Shown here in pieces: positions 19,846-32,467 of a stretch of 64,000 nucleotides of DNA; within the stretch, counting starts at the first letter, position 1; every line of letters starts with the position of its first letter. The position numbers and the translations under genes are program-made. The notes beneath the pieces are model-generated. The model was not told where the DNA came from. It worked only from the letters and a program-made list of their open reading frames with translations, and made no database searches. The DNA comes from an uncultured Thermoleophilia bacterium (GTDB taxonomy: Bacteria > Actinomycetota > Thermoleophilia > UBA2241). The stretch is taken from NCBI GenBank assembly GCA_963715985.1, contig CAVQSP010000021.1, positions 70,864 through 134,863 on the forward strand. Direction: 5' to 3'.

Positions 19846-21174
19846 AGACCCTTAACTCTGGACAACCTGATGGCGATGTTGCGCGAGAGGGGGTGTCTCC
19901 GCGTGTTTGCAAAGCCGCTGGCCGCCAACGACAACTCCAAGAACCAAGTGTACTTCGGCGGAGGGTTTCACGCGCTGAACGTAGTCCCTTACGGAGACGC
20001 ACTTGCGTCGCGATCGGGCAAAGGCACCGTCTTCAAGGCGCCTGTGGATTTCTGGTGGCTCTCGTCTGATGGGAAGGCGTGCCAAGCACCGGGCGCACAG
20101 CTGATTCTCTATCCTCAGTACCCCGAAGTCCGCTTCTCGGGCTTCCTCCATGGCTGTTCGGAAGCGCCCTCCAGCCTCATGGCCTCTCGGGAGGAGGGCA
20201 GAGTCCTTGTGTTCGGCACTCGGAGTGACGGGCGTGTCTTTGCGTGGGTGGGATCCAGCGAGTCGGCTGTTGCACGGAACCTGGCGAAGCGACGGCGATT
20301 GGGCTACTTCAGGGGAACCGGTGTTTTCGAGGAGCTGCCCGGGCAGAGACCTTCGTCGGAGGTGCCGGCCTTGAGGTGCAACTGTTGAGGAGCTCGGACG
20401 TATTCACAGACTCGGTGGATCGAGGCGAAGCGTCTGCGCGCAGAATGGGAATACAAGTGTCGTGCCTGGTCGGAACTCCGGCGGGAGTACGCTGAGGCAG
20501 AGCTCGGAGTTGCGGCGAACAGCGTGGTGGGGCCCGACTTCCTCGGCTATGAGGTCAAGCAGTACAAGGTCAGCAACTTCAGCCGCCCGTCGTCTGGAGG
20601 GCCCATCACCCTGATGACGCCTGAGCCGACAGGTGGACTGTACCGGGATGAGGGCGTCGAAGCGTTTGTGCGGATCTACGGCTACCCGGACAAGAGCCGC
20701 AGACCGGATCGCATCAACTTCGGCGGTGTTCACCGAGCCCGCACAAGAAGGTGGATGTGTAACGAACGGGACTGACGCTGACGCTCGTGGGCTGGGACTC
20801 CGAGCGAGGTCTCATCGTCGATGCCCAAGGAGGAATCGCACTTCTGGATGATGATCTCACGGTGGCGGCCATCTGGTACTACTCTGGTTGATTTCCCACT
20901 GGAACAAGAAGCACGACCGAGCTGTTTACGTCCCGTCGATGAGATCCGCCCCGGAACCCGCCCGATACCGCTATGGGGATCTCGTGCGGATGAGAAGGAG
21001 CCGATTTCCTCCGGGTCCTGAAGGCATTCGATTCTGGAGCCCTACTGCTCGATCCTGGCATCAAGGTGGAGAGCGCCGTACAGCGCCCAAGGTCAAGCGG
21101 CGGAGTCAGTTTCCGTCCAGTCAGCTGACGTGGGCGCCTTGTATGAGTCCATGAGGACGGTAGGCGTTCTCTAG
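19839..21174 (+). CDS. MvaI/BcnI-family restriction endonuclease; frameshifted
   Basis: NDNSKNQVYFG, YPQYPEVRFSGFL, PDFLGYEVKQY, ITLMTPEPTGG, RINFGG, HWNKKH..AVYVPS, KRRSQF. Confidence 0.8.
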
Positions 21175-21321
21175 CACAGGCCCCGTCTACCCCCGGTCCT
21201 TTCTTCCCCTCCCCTTCGTCAACCGTATTAGAATCCCCATAGGATCGTGGCGGGCCGTTGGAATGCTCGGCTGTCCAGCTAGTGTCGTGGGGACGATCTT
21301 GGGGGTGGGGGCCGTGCTTGA

Positions 21322-22955
21322 ATGATTCCGACGACGCCTACTCGTTCGACGCGAAGCTCGGCGGAGCGCCGGGTCTTCTCCATGTTGTCCGAGGTCGACC
21401 TTGTGGCCCAAGCTGGTGCTTCCATTCGCTGAATCTCTCCGAGCATGAGTACAAGTTGGTCGGGGAATTCGACTTCGTGCTCTTGAGTCCGCTGGGACTC
21501 CTCGTTCTTGAGGTCAAGGGAGGGGGGGTCGACTGTCATGACGGGGTCTGGATCTTCACCGACCGCTTCGGAGTCGAGCACCGTCGCAACGAGAGCCCGT
21601 TCGCACAAGCTCGGTCCGGGATGTTCTCCCTGCGCAGCGGCTAGAAGTTGAGCTTGGCCGATCGGCGGTCCAGGGTCTGCCGTTCGGTTACGGCGTGATG
21701 CTGCCGGACCAGCCGTTCAAGATCCCGTCAGTCGAGTGGTCGCGCGAAATGGTGATTGACAAAGAGGCGCTGGGAGCCGGGTTGCTTCAGGAGAAGCTCC
21801 ACTGGCTGTTCACGTACTGGCGGGAGAAGAACGGCGTGCGACGCGACTGTTCCGCCGACAATCTGCGTCCGCCGTGGCACAGCTGCTCCGCCCGGACTTC
21901 GATCCATCCCGGATCTCCATCACAGGCTGGAAGACCTGGATCAGCGCATGCAACGTCTGACCGACGAGCAGTACGAACGCCTGGACGCGTTCGAAGGGAC
22001 CCCACGAATCCTGTGCATGGGTGGCGCAGGCACCGGCAAGACGTTCATCGCGGCGGAGATGGCTCGTCGCCACGCAGCGGCTGGGGACAGAGTGTTGATG
22101 ACCTGTGCGAGCCCGGTGCTTGCTGCATACCTGCGTGCTCGGCTGTCCTCATTCGGAATCGACGTGATGCCGCTGGAGCAGGCGCTGGGCGAGCTTCCGC
22201 AGGGCGAGCCCTACGATGTCCTTCTCCTAGACGAAGCCCAGGACGTGCTGGACTTGGAAGTCCTGTTTGCGTTTGACGCCTGCTCCGCGAGGGCTCGAGC
22301 ACGGCACCTGGCGGATGTTCTGTGATGTGAACAACCAGAGCGCCCTCTCGGGCGGATACGACCCAGAGGCGCTGGAGTACTTGAAGCGGCTTGGCGCTGT
22401 CGGCGAGCTCAAACGGAACTGTCGCAATACGCACGAGATCGTGTTGCAGACAAAGCTCCTCACAGGCGCGGACCTCGGTACCGCAAGTGCTGGTCACGGT
22501 TTGCCGGTGACCACTCCGGTTCTACGAAGGGCCAGAAGAGCAGCTCGAACAACTCGAGCGACATCTCGCCGGACTTGCGGAGGAGGGTGTCGGTCGGCGA
22601 AATCACTTTGCTCTCTCCACTTCCTTCGAACAAAGCATGGCCTCGAGCCTTCCGCGGCGATGGCAGCGTCGCCTTCGAAGGTGGACCCTGCTCTCGCCGC
22701 GTCGTGGCCGGTCAGCGACCTTTCTTTCGCCACGGTGGGTGACTTCAAAGGCCTGGAGAACAGGTTCATTTGCCTGCTCGACATTGCACAGTCTTGCGAG
22801 GACGAGCCGTTGGCACTCTCCCTGCTCTATGTGGCGATGAGCAGGGCCCGCGCCGGACTCTGGGTGGCCATGCGATTCGGCGCTTGAAGCCACGGTCGAG
22901 GAGATCAGCATGCGCAATCTTCCCCTCTGACTCCCGATCTGGAGGTCGTCGATGA
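21322..22955 (+). CDS. NERD nuclease + SF1 helicase-like ATPase; frameshifted
   Basis: FHSLNL...GEFDFVLL...LVLEVKGG, GGAGTGKT, DEAQD, RNCRNT, FKGLE, LLYVAMSRAR. Confidence 0.82.
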
Positions 22956-25900
22956 ATGATCTGACGACCGGGACGTGACCGGCGTCGTGGAGCTACCTTC
23001 AGACGTCAGATCGAGGGTCCTCGTCACGGGCCTGAAGAGGTACTGCGTGACCCGCCCACCCGTGAGTACCTCGTCGGGGTCCTGTATCCGAAGAACCGAC
23101 GTCCGCGCAGACTCTGCGAGAAGAGGTAGATCCAGAATCCGGAAGCCGGGTCGCTCCGCGATGAGACTCCGGATGACCCGATCACCCTGGCCAATCAGCG
23201 AATGCCCGCGCTCGTGGGCCTGTCGTTCTTCGTCGAAGGAGTCGAGGAGCTCGAAGTCGACATCTGGGCGGCGTGATATGAGGAGAGGGCCGGAGCGACC
23301 GGTCACAAGGAATGACCCCCTTGGTGCTCCCAGGCAGATCGCCGGGGAGACCCTCACCGACAGTTCCGGGTCCGCAAGACCTGGACTCGCAAGGCTCCTG
23401 GCGACTGCCTCGAGGACCCCGAAGTGGTCGTCGTCAAGCGGGACCTACGCGAAGACGGAGTGTCTCGGGCGGCCGAGCCAAGCTCCATGCGAAGTGGCGC
23501 ACGGTCGGTCAGTCCAGCCTGGTCACCGATCACGCTGCTCAACGCCCGCACGCATTCGGGCGATCAGCTCCCCCTGTCGGGGACTGCCTTTTCCAGGTCG
23601 GGTTCTCGCTGCAGGCACTCCTAGGGCGCCATCGGCGAATATCCCGAGCGCCGCATCTTCGAGAGGACCCTGAGGTCCAGGATCTCGAGCTGCTCTACGA
23701 CAGCGTGCGCGCATACGCCGTGGGGCATGGCTGCGCCGCCGACTGGACCGAGGCGGAATCGGCAAGGCGAGCGAAGTCCACACTGCGTTCGTTCCGAGCT
23801 ACGAGTTGCCCGCGATCGTCCCCCGCGACCTTGACCTGGACGTCCTCGAGGCCGGGCGGCTTGCCGAAGGCGGCGCGGAGCGGGAGCGCAGTCATCGACG
23901 AACTGCGGGTGTTCTGGCCGGCTACGACGGGTGGCGTGCAAGAGCGGCAGGACGAGGCGGCAAGACGTTGCGGACCGACTTCGGCCCGCGGCTGAGAGAG
24001 TACTTCTCAGAGATTGGCGTGGCCCTGGAGCGCATGTCTGCTGGCGTGGACCTGCTCGAGAGGGACGATCGACGCTTGGACTGCCTTCAGACTAGCCAAC
24101 CTGGCCATCGTGATGCAGTTCCGTCACTCGCAGGAGGATTTGGGTGGCGTCGCGTCATAGCTGCGATGAAGTGACCTTCCCATCTTCTGAGTACCTGGCG
24201 GATTCACGATTCCGTTGGCGCCCGTTCCAGCTGGCGTTCCAGCTCCTTGTGCTTCCATCGCTCACCGACGCCGAGGATGACTGGCGGCAGACCGTGGATC
24301 TCCTGTGGTTCCCGACGGGCGGCGGCAAGACCGAGGCCTATCTTGGCCTTGCGGCGTACGAGGCGTTCCTTAGGAGGCTACGGGAGCCAGTGCGCGGAGC
24401 TGGAACAGCGATCGTCACGCGGTATACCTGCGGCTACTCACTGCACAGCAGTTCCAGAGAGCCGCATCTCTGATCTGCGCATGTGACCTGATCAGACAGA
24501 AGCACGAGCATGACCTCGGCAAGACCCGCATGACGATCGGGCTCTGGATCGGAGACGAGGCCGTCCGCAACACGTTCGTGAAGGCGCATGAAGCCTTCGA
24601 GGAGATGCGAAGTCAGGACAAGCCCGAGAACCGGTTCCAGCTCGAGCGGTGCCCGTGGTGCGGCACAGAGATCGTGCCCCGGGACTTGGGGAAGACGGCA
24701 AGGCGTGTGGGATTCGTTCCACTGACACGAGTTTCGAGTTCTTCTGTCCGACGTCGGACTGCCAATTCCACGACTCACTGCCGGTCAATGTCATAGACCA
24801 GGCTCTGTATGCCGCGCCCCCGACGATGCTGATGGCCACCGTCGACAAGCTTGCGAGGCTTGCCTGGGAACCTGAAGCCGGCGTTCTGTTCGGTTCCGCG
24901 GACTTCGATCCGCCCTCTCTGGTGATTCAGGACGAGCTGCACCTCTTGAGCGGACCCTTGGGAACCGTCGCCGGAGTGTACGAGGCTGCTATCGAGACGA
25001 TGCTTGCGTTGCGAGGAACGCCAGCCAAGGTCCTCGCCTCGACAGCCACGATTCGCAACTCCGCGGAGCAAGTCGGAGGGCTCTTTGGAGCTGAAGTGGC
25101 GCTCTTCCCTCCATCCGGCTTGAGGTACTCGGACTCGTACTTCGCAGCCTTGGATGACAAGTCCAGTGGTCGTGAGTACCTCGGCGTCATGGCGCCCAGC
25201 CACACCATGCAGACCACCGTTGTCCACATGGCGGCTGTTCTCCTCCAAGCCGTCAAAGAGGTCGGTCTGGACGACGACGAGCTTGACGCGTACTGGACGC
25301 TGGTCATGTACCACAACAGCCTTCGCGAGCTTGGCGGTGCGGTGACCATGGCGCATGACGACATCCCTGCTCGCATTCGACGTGATCGCACGTGCGGAGG
25401 ACGTGAGGCGCGAAGTCGACGACGACGAGATCATGGAGCTGACGAGCAACGTACCGGGACGGAAGCTGCCAGGGATCCTTGACCGTCTTGCAGGCAAGGA
25501 CGAGACTGCGTCACCGGTCTCGATGCTGCTCGCCACCAACATGCTGTCCGTCGGTGTGGACATCCAGCGCCTGGCTCTTATGTTGGTCAACGGGCAGCCC
25601 AAGCTGACATCCGAGTACATCCAGGCGACCAGTCGGGTCGGTAGAAGCGGCAGTACCCGGAGTGATCGTGGCGTGCTATTCGGCGGGCAAACCTCGAGAT
25701 CGCTCCCACTACGAGGACTTCCGCCAGTATCACTCCGCCCTCTATCGGCACGTCGAGCCGTCGTCGGTCACGCCCTATCTCCCTACCGGCTCGCTCGAGA
25801 GCTCTGCATGCTGGGCTCGTCATTCTGGTGCGCCACGGCCTAGGCCTGCCGGCGAACGAGAGACGCTTCGAACATCCACGACGTGGCCGGTGAACTCGGA

Positions 25901-26178
25901 CCCCGTCTCGACGAAATCGTCACGGAGGATGACGTTCGCGGACAGTGCGGAGGCGTTGGCGGTTCGCGCGGAGCTCGATGAGCTCGTGGATCGAATGGCT
26001 CGACTGGGCTGATGAGGCCAAACGCGAGGGCAAGAAGCTCTACTACTCGACGAGATCGACGAAGAACCACTACTCGCTCCTGCGCAATTTTGGAGCGTCA
26101 GGTAACGGCTGGGAGACGCTCCACTCCATGAGGAACGTGGATCGTCAGTGCAATATCTCGGTCAAGGGGGAGGACTGA
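22952..26178 (+). CDS. drmA: DISARM DrmA-like SF2 helicase; many frameshifts
   Basis: WRPFQLAF, LLWFPTGGGKTEAYLGL, TVDKLA, QDELHLLSGPLG, ATNMLSVGVDI, SEYIQATSRVGR, RDRSHYE, SMRNVD. Confidence 0.85.
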
Positions 26179-26183
26179 GCTCG

Positions 26184-28061
26184 ATGGCAACCAGGACGAT
26201 CCGACTCTCCCAGACACTGTCACCATTCGGCGTGGGCGCGATCTACGACTACAGAGGTGAATCGCTCATCGCGTGCGACATCTCGCGCTGGGGAGGCAGA
26301 GGTGAGCGCATCAGATCAGAGCGGCTGGAGCTGGCGCTCGGTGTGGAGCAGCTGAAGACGGCCCCTTCTCAGACCACCCTGTGGGGGACAGCACCACCGC
26401 TTCCGTACTTCCGCTTCCCACAGTGGCTCTTCTGCCCAAGGTGCCGGAAGATGGTGCGCTGGAGTACGACGGACGAGGAGGCGGCACTGAGCCGACCTGT
26501 CCAGAGCGACACAAGCGAACCCAGCTTGTCCCGATGCGCTTTGTCATGGTGTGCGAGAACGGGCATCTGAGCGACGTGCCATGGGAGTACTGGGCCCATT
26601 CCACCGCCGTGACCGCCCATCAGAAGCAGTGCGGTGCCCAGGACCTTGAGTTTCTTGCGCAGAGCGGGGCTGGTGGTGGCCTGGCTTCTCTGGTCGTCAA
26701 GTGTCGTAAGTGCAAAGCGAAGCGCAGCCTGGATGGGATCGCCGGCAAGGATGCGCTGAGGGCTCTCGGCCTGAAGTGTCGGGGCAAGCAGCCTTGGCAG
26801 TTCCCCGATCAGGCGTCGGACTGTGACGCGTGCCTCAGGCTCTTCAGCGTGGCGCCAGCAATGTCTACTTCGCGCACACGGAATCCGCCTTGGAGATCCA
26901 CCTGAGTCACATAGAAGCGCGGAGTCCAGCGCCGTCATCTGCGTGACGAACAATCCGAACTTCAATGCGCTGCTGAGTGGCGGGCGGACTCGACGGGGTC
27001 GATCGCCCCGGCTCTCATCAGGATGATTGTCGATGATTGCGGCTGCAGTGAGGTCGAGGTGCGACGTATTGCCGCAGAGGAGATCCGCGCGAGGGGCGGG
27101 CATGCACATCGCCGTCTGGCGCACTGCCGCGAGGGCGGATTCCGATGCCCGACGGCGATCTCCGCGAAGGCGAGTGGCAGGCGTTTGGTACCCCGGATCC
27201 AGAGCAGCGCAGCGAAGACACGTTTGTGACCGGGACGCGGGTGCCGCTCGTCGCGGACTCAACGGGAGGGGCCCAGTCGAAGCCGGTGAATGCCGAACTG
27301 GCTCGACGAATCGACAAGGTCGTGCTGGCGCTGCGTCTGCGAGAAGTGCGCGCGCTGAAGGGTTTCTCCCGCTATCGCTACTCGGAGGAGGGGCTGACGC
27401 CATCGCTTGGACTCGAGTTGAGCCCAAGTTGGCTCCCCGCCATCGAAGTCTTCGGCGAGGGCGTGTTCGTGTCGCTCAACGAGACTGCGGTGAGCGCATG
27501 GGAAGCCCTGCCTGACGTGGATCGCCGCGCGGGAACCTTGCGACCCGTCAAGAGGAATCCGAGTTCGGACGGCGCCTGCCCGGCGCAACACCCCGATTCC
27601 TTCTGCTCCATACGCTTGCCCACCTGCTGATTCGCGAGCTATCTGCTCGATGCGGCTACGGGGCGGCGTCTCTGCGCGAGCGGATCTATGCCAGTGCACC
27701 AGGCGCCGCACAACCGATGGCGGGACTACTGATCTACACGGCGGCAGGAGATGTCGAGGGTACTCTCGGCGGACTCGTTCGACAGGGAGAGCCCCCGCGC
27801 TTTGCGGAGGCTGTGGTCGGCGCTTTGCTGGCTGGCAGCTGGTGCTCTGCTGATCCACTGTGCAGCGAGAGCGGCGGGCAGGGGATGGGGAGTCTGAACT
27901 TGGCGTCGTGCCATGCATGCACGCTCGTTTCGGAGACGAGCTGCGAGTTCGGCAATGCCCTGCTTGATCGAAGTCTCGTGGTCGGTGGCGGGGGTTGTGA
28001 ACAGCCGTTCTTTGCGGAGGCGCTTCGGGCCTCGCGAGAGCAGACTCTTATCGAGGAGTGA
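26184..28061 (+). CDS. drmB: DISARM DrmB-like DUF1998 protein; frameshifted
   Basis: SQTLSPFGVGAI, RFVMVCENGHLSDVPW, LHTLAHLLIREL, GTLGGLV, WCSADPLC, ASCHACTLVSETSCEFGNALLDR. Confidence 0.87.
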
Positions 28062-28067
28062 TAGCGA

Positions 28068-29166
28068 ATGCGGCTTCCGTCATATCAGGATCTCTCCAAG
28101 GAACAGGACGACTGTTAACAACTGCGCTGGATGGCGACTACGTGGTTGCGGGACCGCCGGGAACCGGAAAGACCGTCATCGCGCTCTATCGAGCCAAGTT
28201 GATGAGCGACATGGGAAAGCCCGTGCGCTTGCTCATGTACTCGCGCCTGCTTTCTCAGTACACCGAGGCGGCCATTTGCACCCTTGGATTGGATAGCGTG
28301 GTGGAGCCATACTTCGCATGGTTCTGGCATTTCTACAGGAAGCACTACAAGAAGAACCCGCCGCAAGTCGCGGCCTTTTGGTACGACTGGCCCGAGATCC
28401 TGCAGACGGTAGCCCTGAACCCGCCACCCAAGAACAGCTTGCCCTATCTGCTAGTGGACGAAGGTCAGGATATGCCAAGGGAATTCTACGTGGTCGCGGG
28501 GCATCTGTCGCGGCATCTCACCGTGTTTGCCGATGAGAACCAGAGCCTGTTCAAGACGAATTCCTGCCCTCGAGCGACATCTGCCACCGCCCTAGGGACA
28601 GAAGTGCCTGTCCACTGGCTGACACGCAACTACCGTAATTCTGCCGAAATCGCCGCACTCGCGGCCACCTTCCACACGGGAATGAAAACGGGCATCGCGA
28701 AACCACCAACCAGGCAGGGTGATCGGCCTATCATCAAGGCCTTCGGCAGCTTCACGAAGACGGTGCAATTCATTGCGCAGTACGAGACACAACAATCCGG
28801 ACCTTGAGATCGGCGTTCTCGTGCCTTGGACCAATCAAAGGAGGCGGATAGTCAACCGGCTCGGTGGCAAGACAAAGAACCCGTTCAGACCTACGAGGGC
28901 GGGCAGGGGGCCAAGGCTGAGCAGCTGGACTTCGACGCCCCCGGAGTGAAGGTCATCACGTACGCGTCGGCCAAGGGGCTCGAGTTCGACACCGTCTTCC
29001 TTCCGGAGTTGCAGGTCCATGACGGCGACCTGACCAGCCCGGACTTGCGCATGCGGATGTACGTGATGCTGTCACGGGCGCGGGATAATCTGTATCTCGA
29101 CCTATTCGGGCGAGGCGCCTCATTCCATGACTCTCTTTGATCCGCAATCTTGTGGAGATGCAATGA
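28068..29166 (+). CDS. UvrD/Rep-like SF1 helicase; frameshifted
   Basis: GPPGTGKT, LVDEGQD, RNYRNS, SAKGLEFDTVF, MYVMLSRAR. Confidence 0.85.
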
Positions 29167-30967
29167 CTGACGAGGAAACCCGGCTCTCGCTGCTGGACGA
29201 TGTCGCCCCGACTGCGGCATCGCCGCCGTCGGTCGACGCGGATGGTGAGCACGATTGGTACTGCGTCACAAACGCGCTGAATCTGCTTCACATGTTGTCA
29301 TCCGGGCTCATCCAGCCCATGGAAGGGTTTGGAAGTACTACCACGACCTCCTGAATGCGGCGCCTTCCAGGGTCGTGCTGTTGAGGCCGCCATTCGGTCA
29401 GGGCGTGGTCGCGGAGGCTACTTCGGAGTCGGCGGCTCGCATACCCGCAGCTCTCCACATCGCAGGCGCTTGGGTCGGCGAGCCGGCTGGCGAAACGGGC
29501 CTGTCTCTGGGCGATAGTCCTGCAATCGATGCGGTCGCCAAGACTGGTGTCATCCCCTTGCGCCACGTCATCTCGATCGACTTCCGTTCCGAGAGTGATC
29601 GGGATGAGTTCAAGGCTCGACTTGGCCAATACGCCAATGTGCCACTCCCTGAGGTCCAGCTTGCCTGCTCGCCGCAGTTGTTCGCAGACCCAGGACCATC
29701 GATTCGAGCAGCTGAGGAGCTGGCTTGCGGAACTGCCGCGAAACTCGGCGCTGACCGCAGAGCACCTTCACCGCGTGAATCGTCTCGCGGGTGCGCTTCT
29801 CATGACCGCCATCGCCGCTTCGCCGGACTCAGAGAACGTGTCCAGTTTCGGCAAGCTTCTCGGGTGCTGCGGCAGGGTCAAGACGGACGGCCTCACGCAA
29901 GTGAGGCCGGGACCAGCGTGGCTGTCCGTTGTGCTCGATGACTTCTCTGCGAATGCAGGCTTGCCCACGCGCGTTGCGGCACCTGAGGAGGCTTTCCTTC
30001 GCGCAGCTGTCGCCGTGATATCGACGATTGAACCGTCCGAATCTTGGAGGCCCCGAGAAGTTCTGGCAGCCTGCGCTTCAGCCATGGAGCCTGCCAATGC
30101 CGGGGCTCGAAAGCGACGAGAGTCGGCTGGTCAAGCTGCAGCTGGACAGGATGGATGCCATTCTTCGCAATGATGCGGAGTTCGATGGGTTCAAGAAGGA
30201 CAGCGGGCAGCCTGAGCTGCCGTCAAAGTCCCTGCGCCTGCTCGTGCTCATGCGCCGCGAGCCCGATCGGCTCCTCGCGCTGCTGAAGGACGTCCAAGGC
30301 GCCGAGCCCGCGGAGGCAGCAACGGCGGCGTTCCTGTGCGGCACGCTCAACGGCATGAGCAGGGTTCCGGCGGCAGTTCGCTCAACGCAAACCAGCCGAC
30401 CTTCAGCTTCTTGCCAGCGAGCACGCGGCCGCAGCGGCGTTGCGGGGCCTCGATCTCGACTGGTGTCCGGAACTTAGTCCCGTCCGGTTTGAAGCCAGTG
30501 ATGACGGCGCGGGCGGCGAGGTGTTCTCACTCACTTGGGCGAACCGCACTGTGCTCACCAAGGCGAAGCTGCGCCCCTCGCTCAGCGAGCTGTCCGGCCG
30601 GCGCTCGACTTCTCTGGTGAAGCAGCCGACGCGTTCGCGGTGGACCTGTGCATGGAGCTTGGGCTGAAGAACCAGATCAGGGAGAGGCAGGTCTGGTGGC
30701 TGGCGAAGGATCTGCCTGCCCGGCGTGCGCTTCCATCTTGAGGTGGTCTCGCGTCTGCACTGCCTTTGTCATGGAGGCAGATGGTCCAGCCGACGAGACG
30801 AACCGTTCGCTCGTGTCTGTTGGAGGCTTCCTAGCCGCGGTAGCCAGCACTCAAGATACCGGACGACGTCGAAGAGCGTTTTGCACTTCGGGCGCTCGGC
30901 ACTCACCCTGGACACCAAGCCGAAGGCCAAGCCAAAGCGCTCCGCACGCGGTGCCGCAGGCGACTAA
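29163..30967 (+). CDS. hypothetical protein of the defence operon; frameshifted
   Basis: ATGA-coupled to UvrD; WYCVTNALNLLHMLSSGLI...KYYHDLL; coding frames continue to ~30.96 kb. Confidence 0.55.
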
Positions 30968-30969
30968 CC

Positions 30970-31686
30970 TCAGCCGACGCCTAGGGAAGGGCTCGAATTC
31001 CGGCGGCAGCATGAGGAGAAGCGTATCCTTATCGGCACCTCCCAGAGGTCCCATGTGCAGTCCAGCTGGGCAGCCACGTTGACGAACCTGCGCACGAGCC
31101 GGGACCTTTCGTTGCGGCCCCGGCTTGGCCATGTGACGTTCGGGGTCGTAGTACAGCCTACCAAGAGCTGCGACGATCTTCGGGCTGGCAATCAGGTCTT
31201 GCCTCGAGGCGATCTGTTCCCACACGTCCCCCGGCTTGTCCACGGGGTTGCCGAGCAGGACCCGCAGGCCCTCATGCTCTGTCGGATGTGCCTTGACCAC
31301 GGAGTACGGGCCGTAGAGCAGGTGACGGTAGTAGCGCTGGGGCTCATGGTCCGAAGATGTAGCGAGCGTCTGCGCCGGGCGGGCCGGAGTCGGCGGGGCA
31401 CGCCGCATCGAAGTAGGCGAGTGTCAGCCACGTCCACATGGCGCGGTCCGCGAGGAGGGCCGGGGAGGCTAGTTGGAGAGTCATCATGAGGTGCCCTCCT
31501 AGCTCCTCCCGGGATGCAAAGTGCGGGTGAGCGTCGGGCAGCTCATGCGCGAGCATGTCACCGGACTCGCGGATGCTCGCGACTCGACGCTCTAGGACTG
31601 CTCGGTCGATAGCTCCCCGCTCTAGCCTCCGAGAGGCACTCGCTGAAGGCTTCCATCCCCTCACCATCTAGGCGCCTGAGATTCAT
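30970..31686 (-). CDS. hypothetical protein (third gene of the GHKL operon); frameshifted
   Basis: MNLRRLDGEG..., MWTWLTLAYFD, RYYRHLLYGP, EQIASRQ, LYYDP, LLMLPPEF. Confidence 0.6.
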
Positions 31687-32467
31687 CGCCCACCGCCTTC
31701 GAAGCCAGCTTGCGTACTGCGCGTGCAGATGGTGTTTGGTCGCGAACTGGCTGACGACGATGGAGCACCAACCGTCCCACTCGTCGTCATCCATGGCGCC
31801 CGTGGGGCAGGGTCCCCGAGAGCTCCGCTCCGAAGCGCAGCCAGTCGAGTCGCCAATCGTCCTCGTCCACATCTTCAGCTCTGCCGCCTATCAGACGCAC
31901 CGTGTCAAGGATCTGTTGAGAGCGCGCTGGGGAAGACCAAGGCGCGAAAGTGCGGGAGTCCGTGCGATGCCCCGACCCAGCTGCCGGCTTACCAAGAGGA
32001 CCGGGCTGGTACCCGCATCGCAGTCGAGGCGCCACACGAGGTCCCCGAGATCAGCCTCGCCAACGGGCAGCAGTGACACGACCTCCTGCAGGGATGTCAG
32101 CGACTCGCATCCGGCACCAATCTGTCAGCCGCGGCCAGCAGTTGGCCCGCTAGGCCCTCACCCTCCTGCGCCGATACCTTGACGTCGGAACTTGACACCG
32201 GCGGCATCGTGCAGACCTCTCAGCGCGAATGGACCGTACTCTCTGGTTCCGACGTCGCCGAAGGACCCAAGGACTTCTGCGCTGCATCCACGTTCGCCGG
32301 TAGGCCTCGACACTGACAAGCGCGTCGTCGGGAGATCGTGTACGCCTCGAGGTCCAGCAGAGACCGACGAATGATGGTGCGCCTCCCTCGAGTGAAGTGA
32401 GCCTGATTGCCACGTCCTCTCGGCGGATGCGGTGCCTTCCAGTGAAGTTGAGCCTGCGGACGGTCAT
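31683..32467 (-). CDS. hypothetical protein (second gene of the GHKL operon); frameshifted
   Basis: MTVRRLNFTGRHRIRREDVAIRL, VSVEAYRRT, LGDLVWRLD; coupled to both neighbours. Confidence 0.6.
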
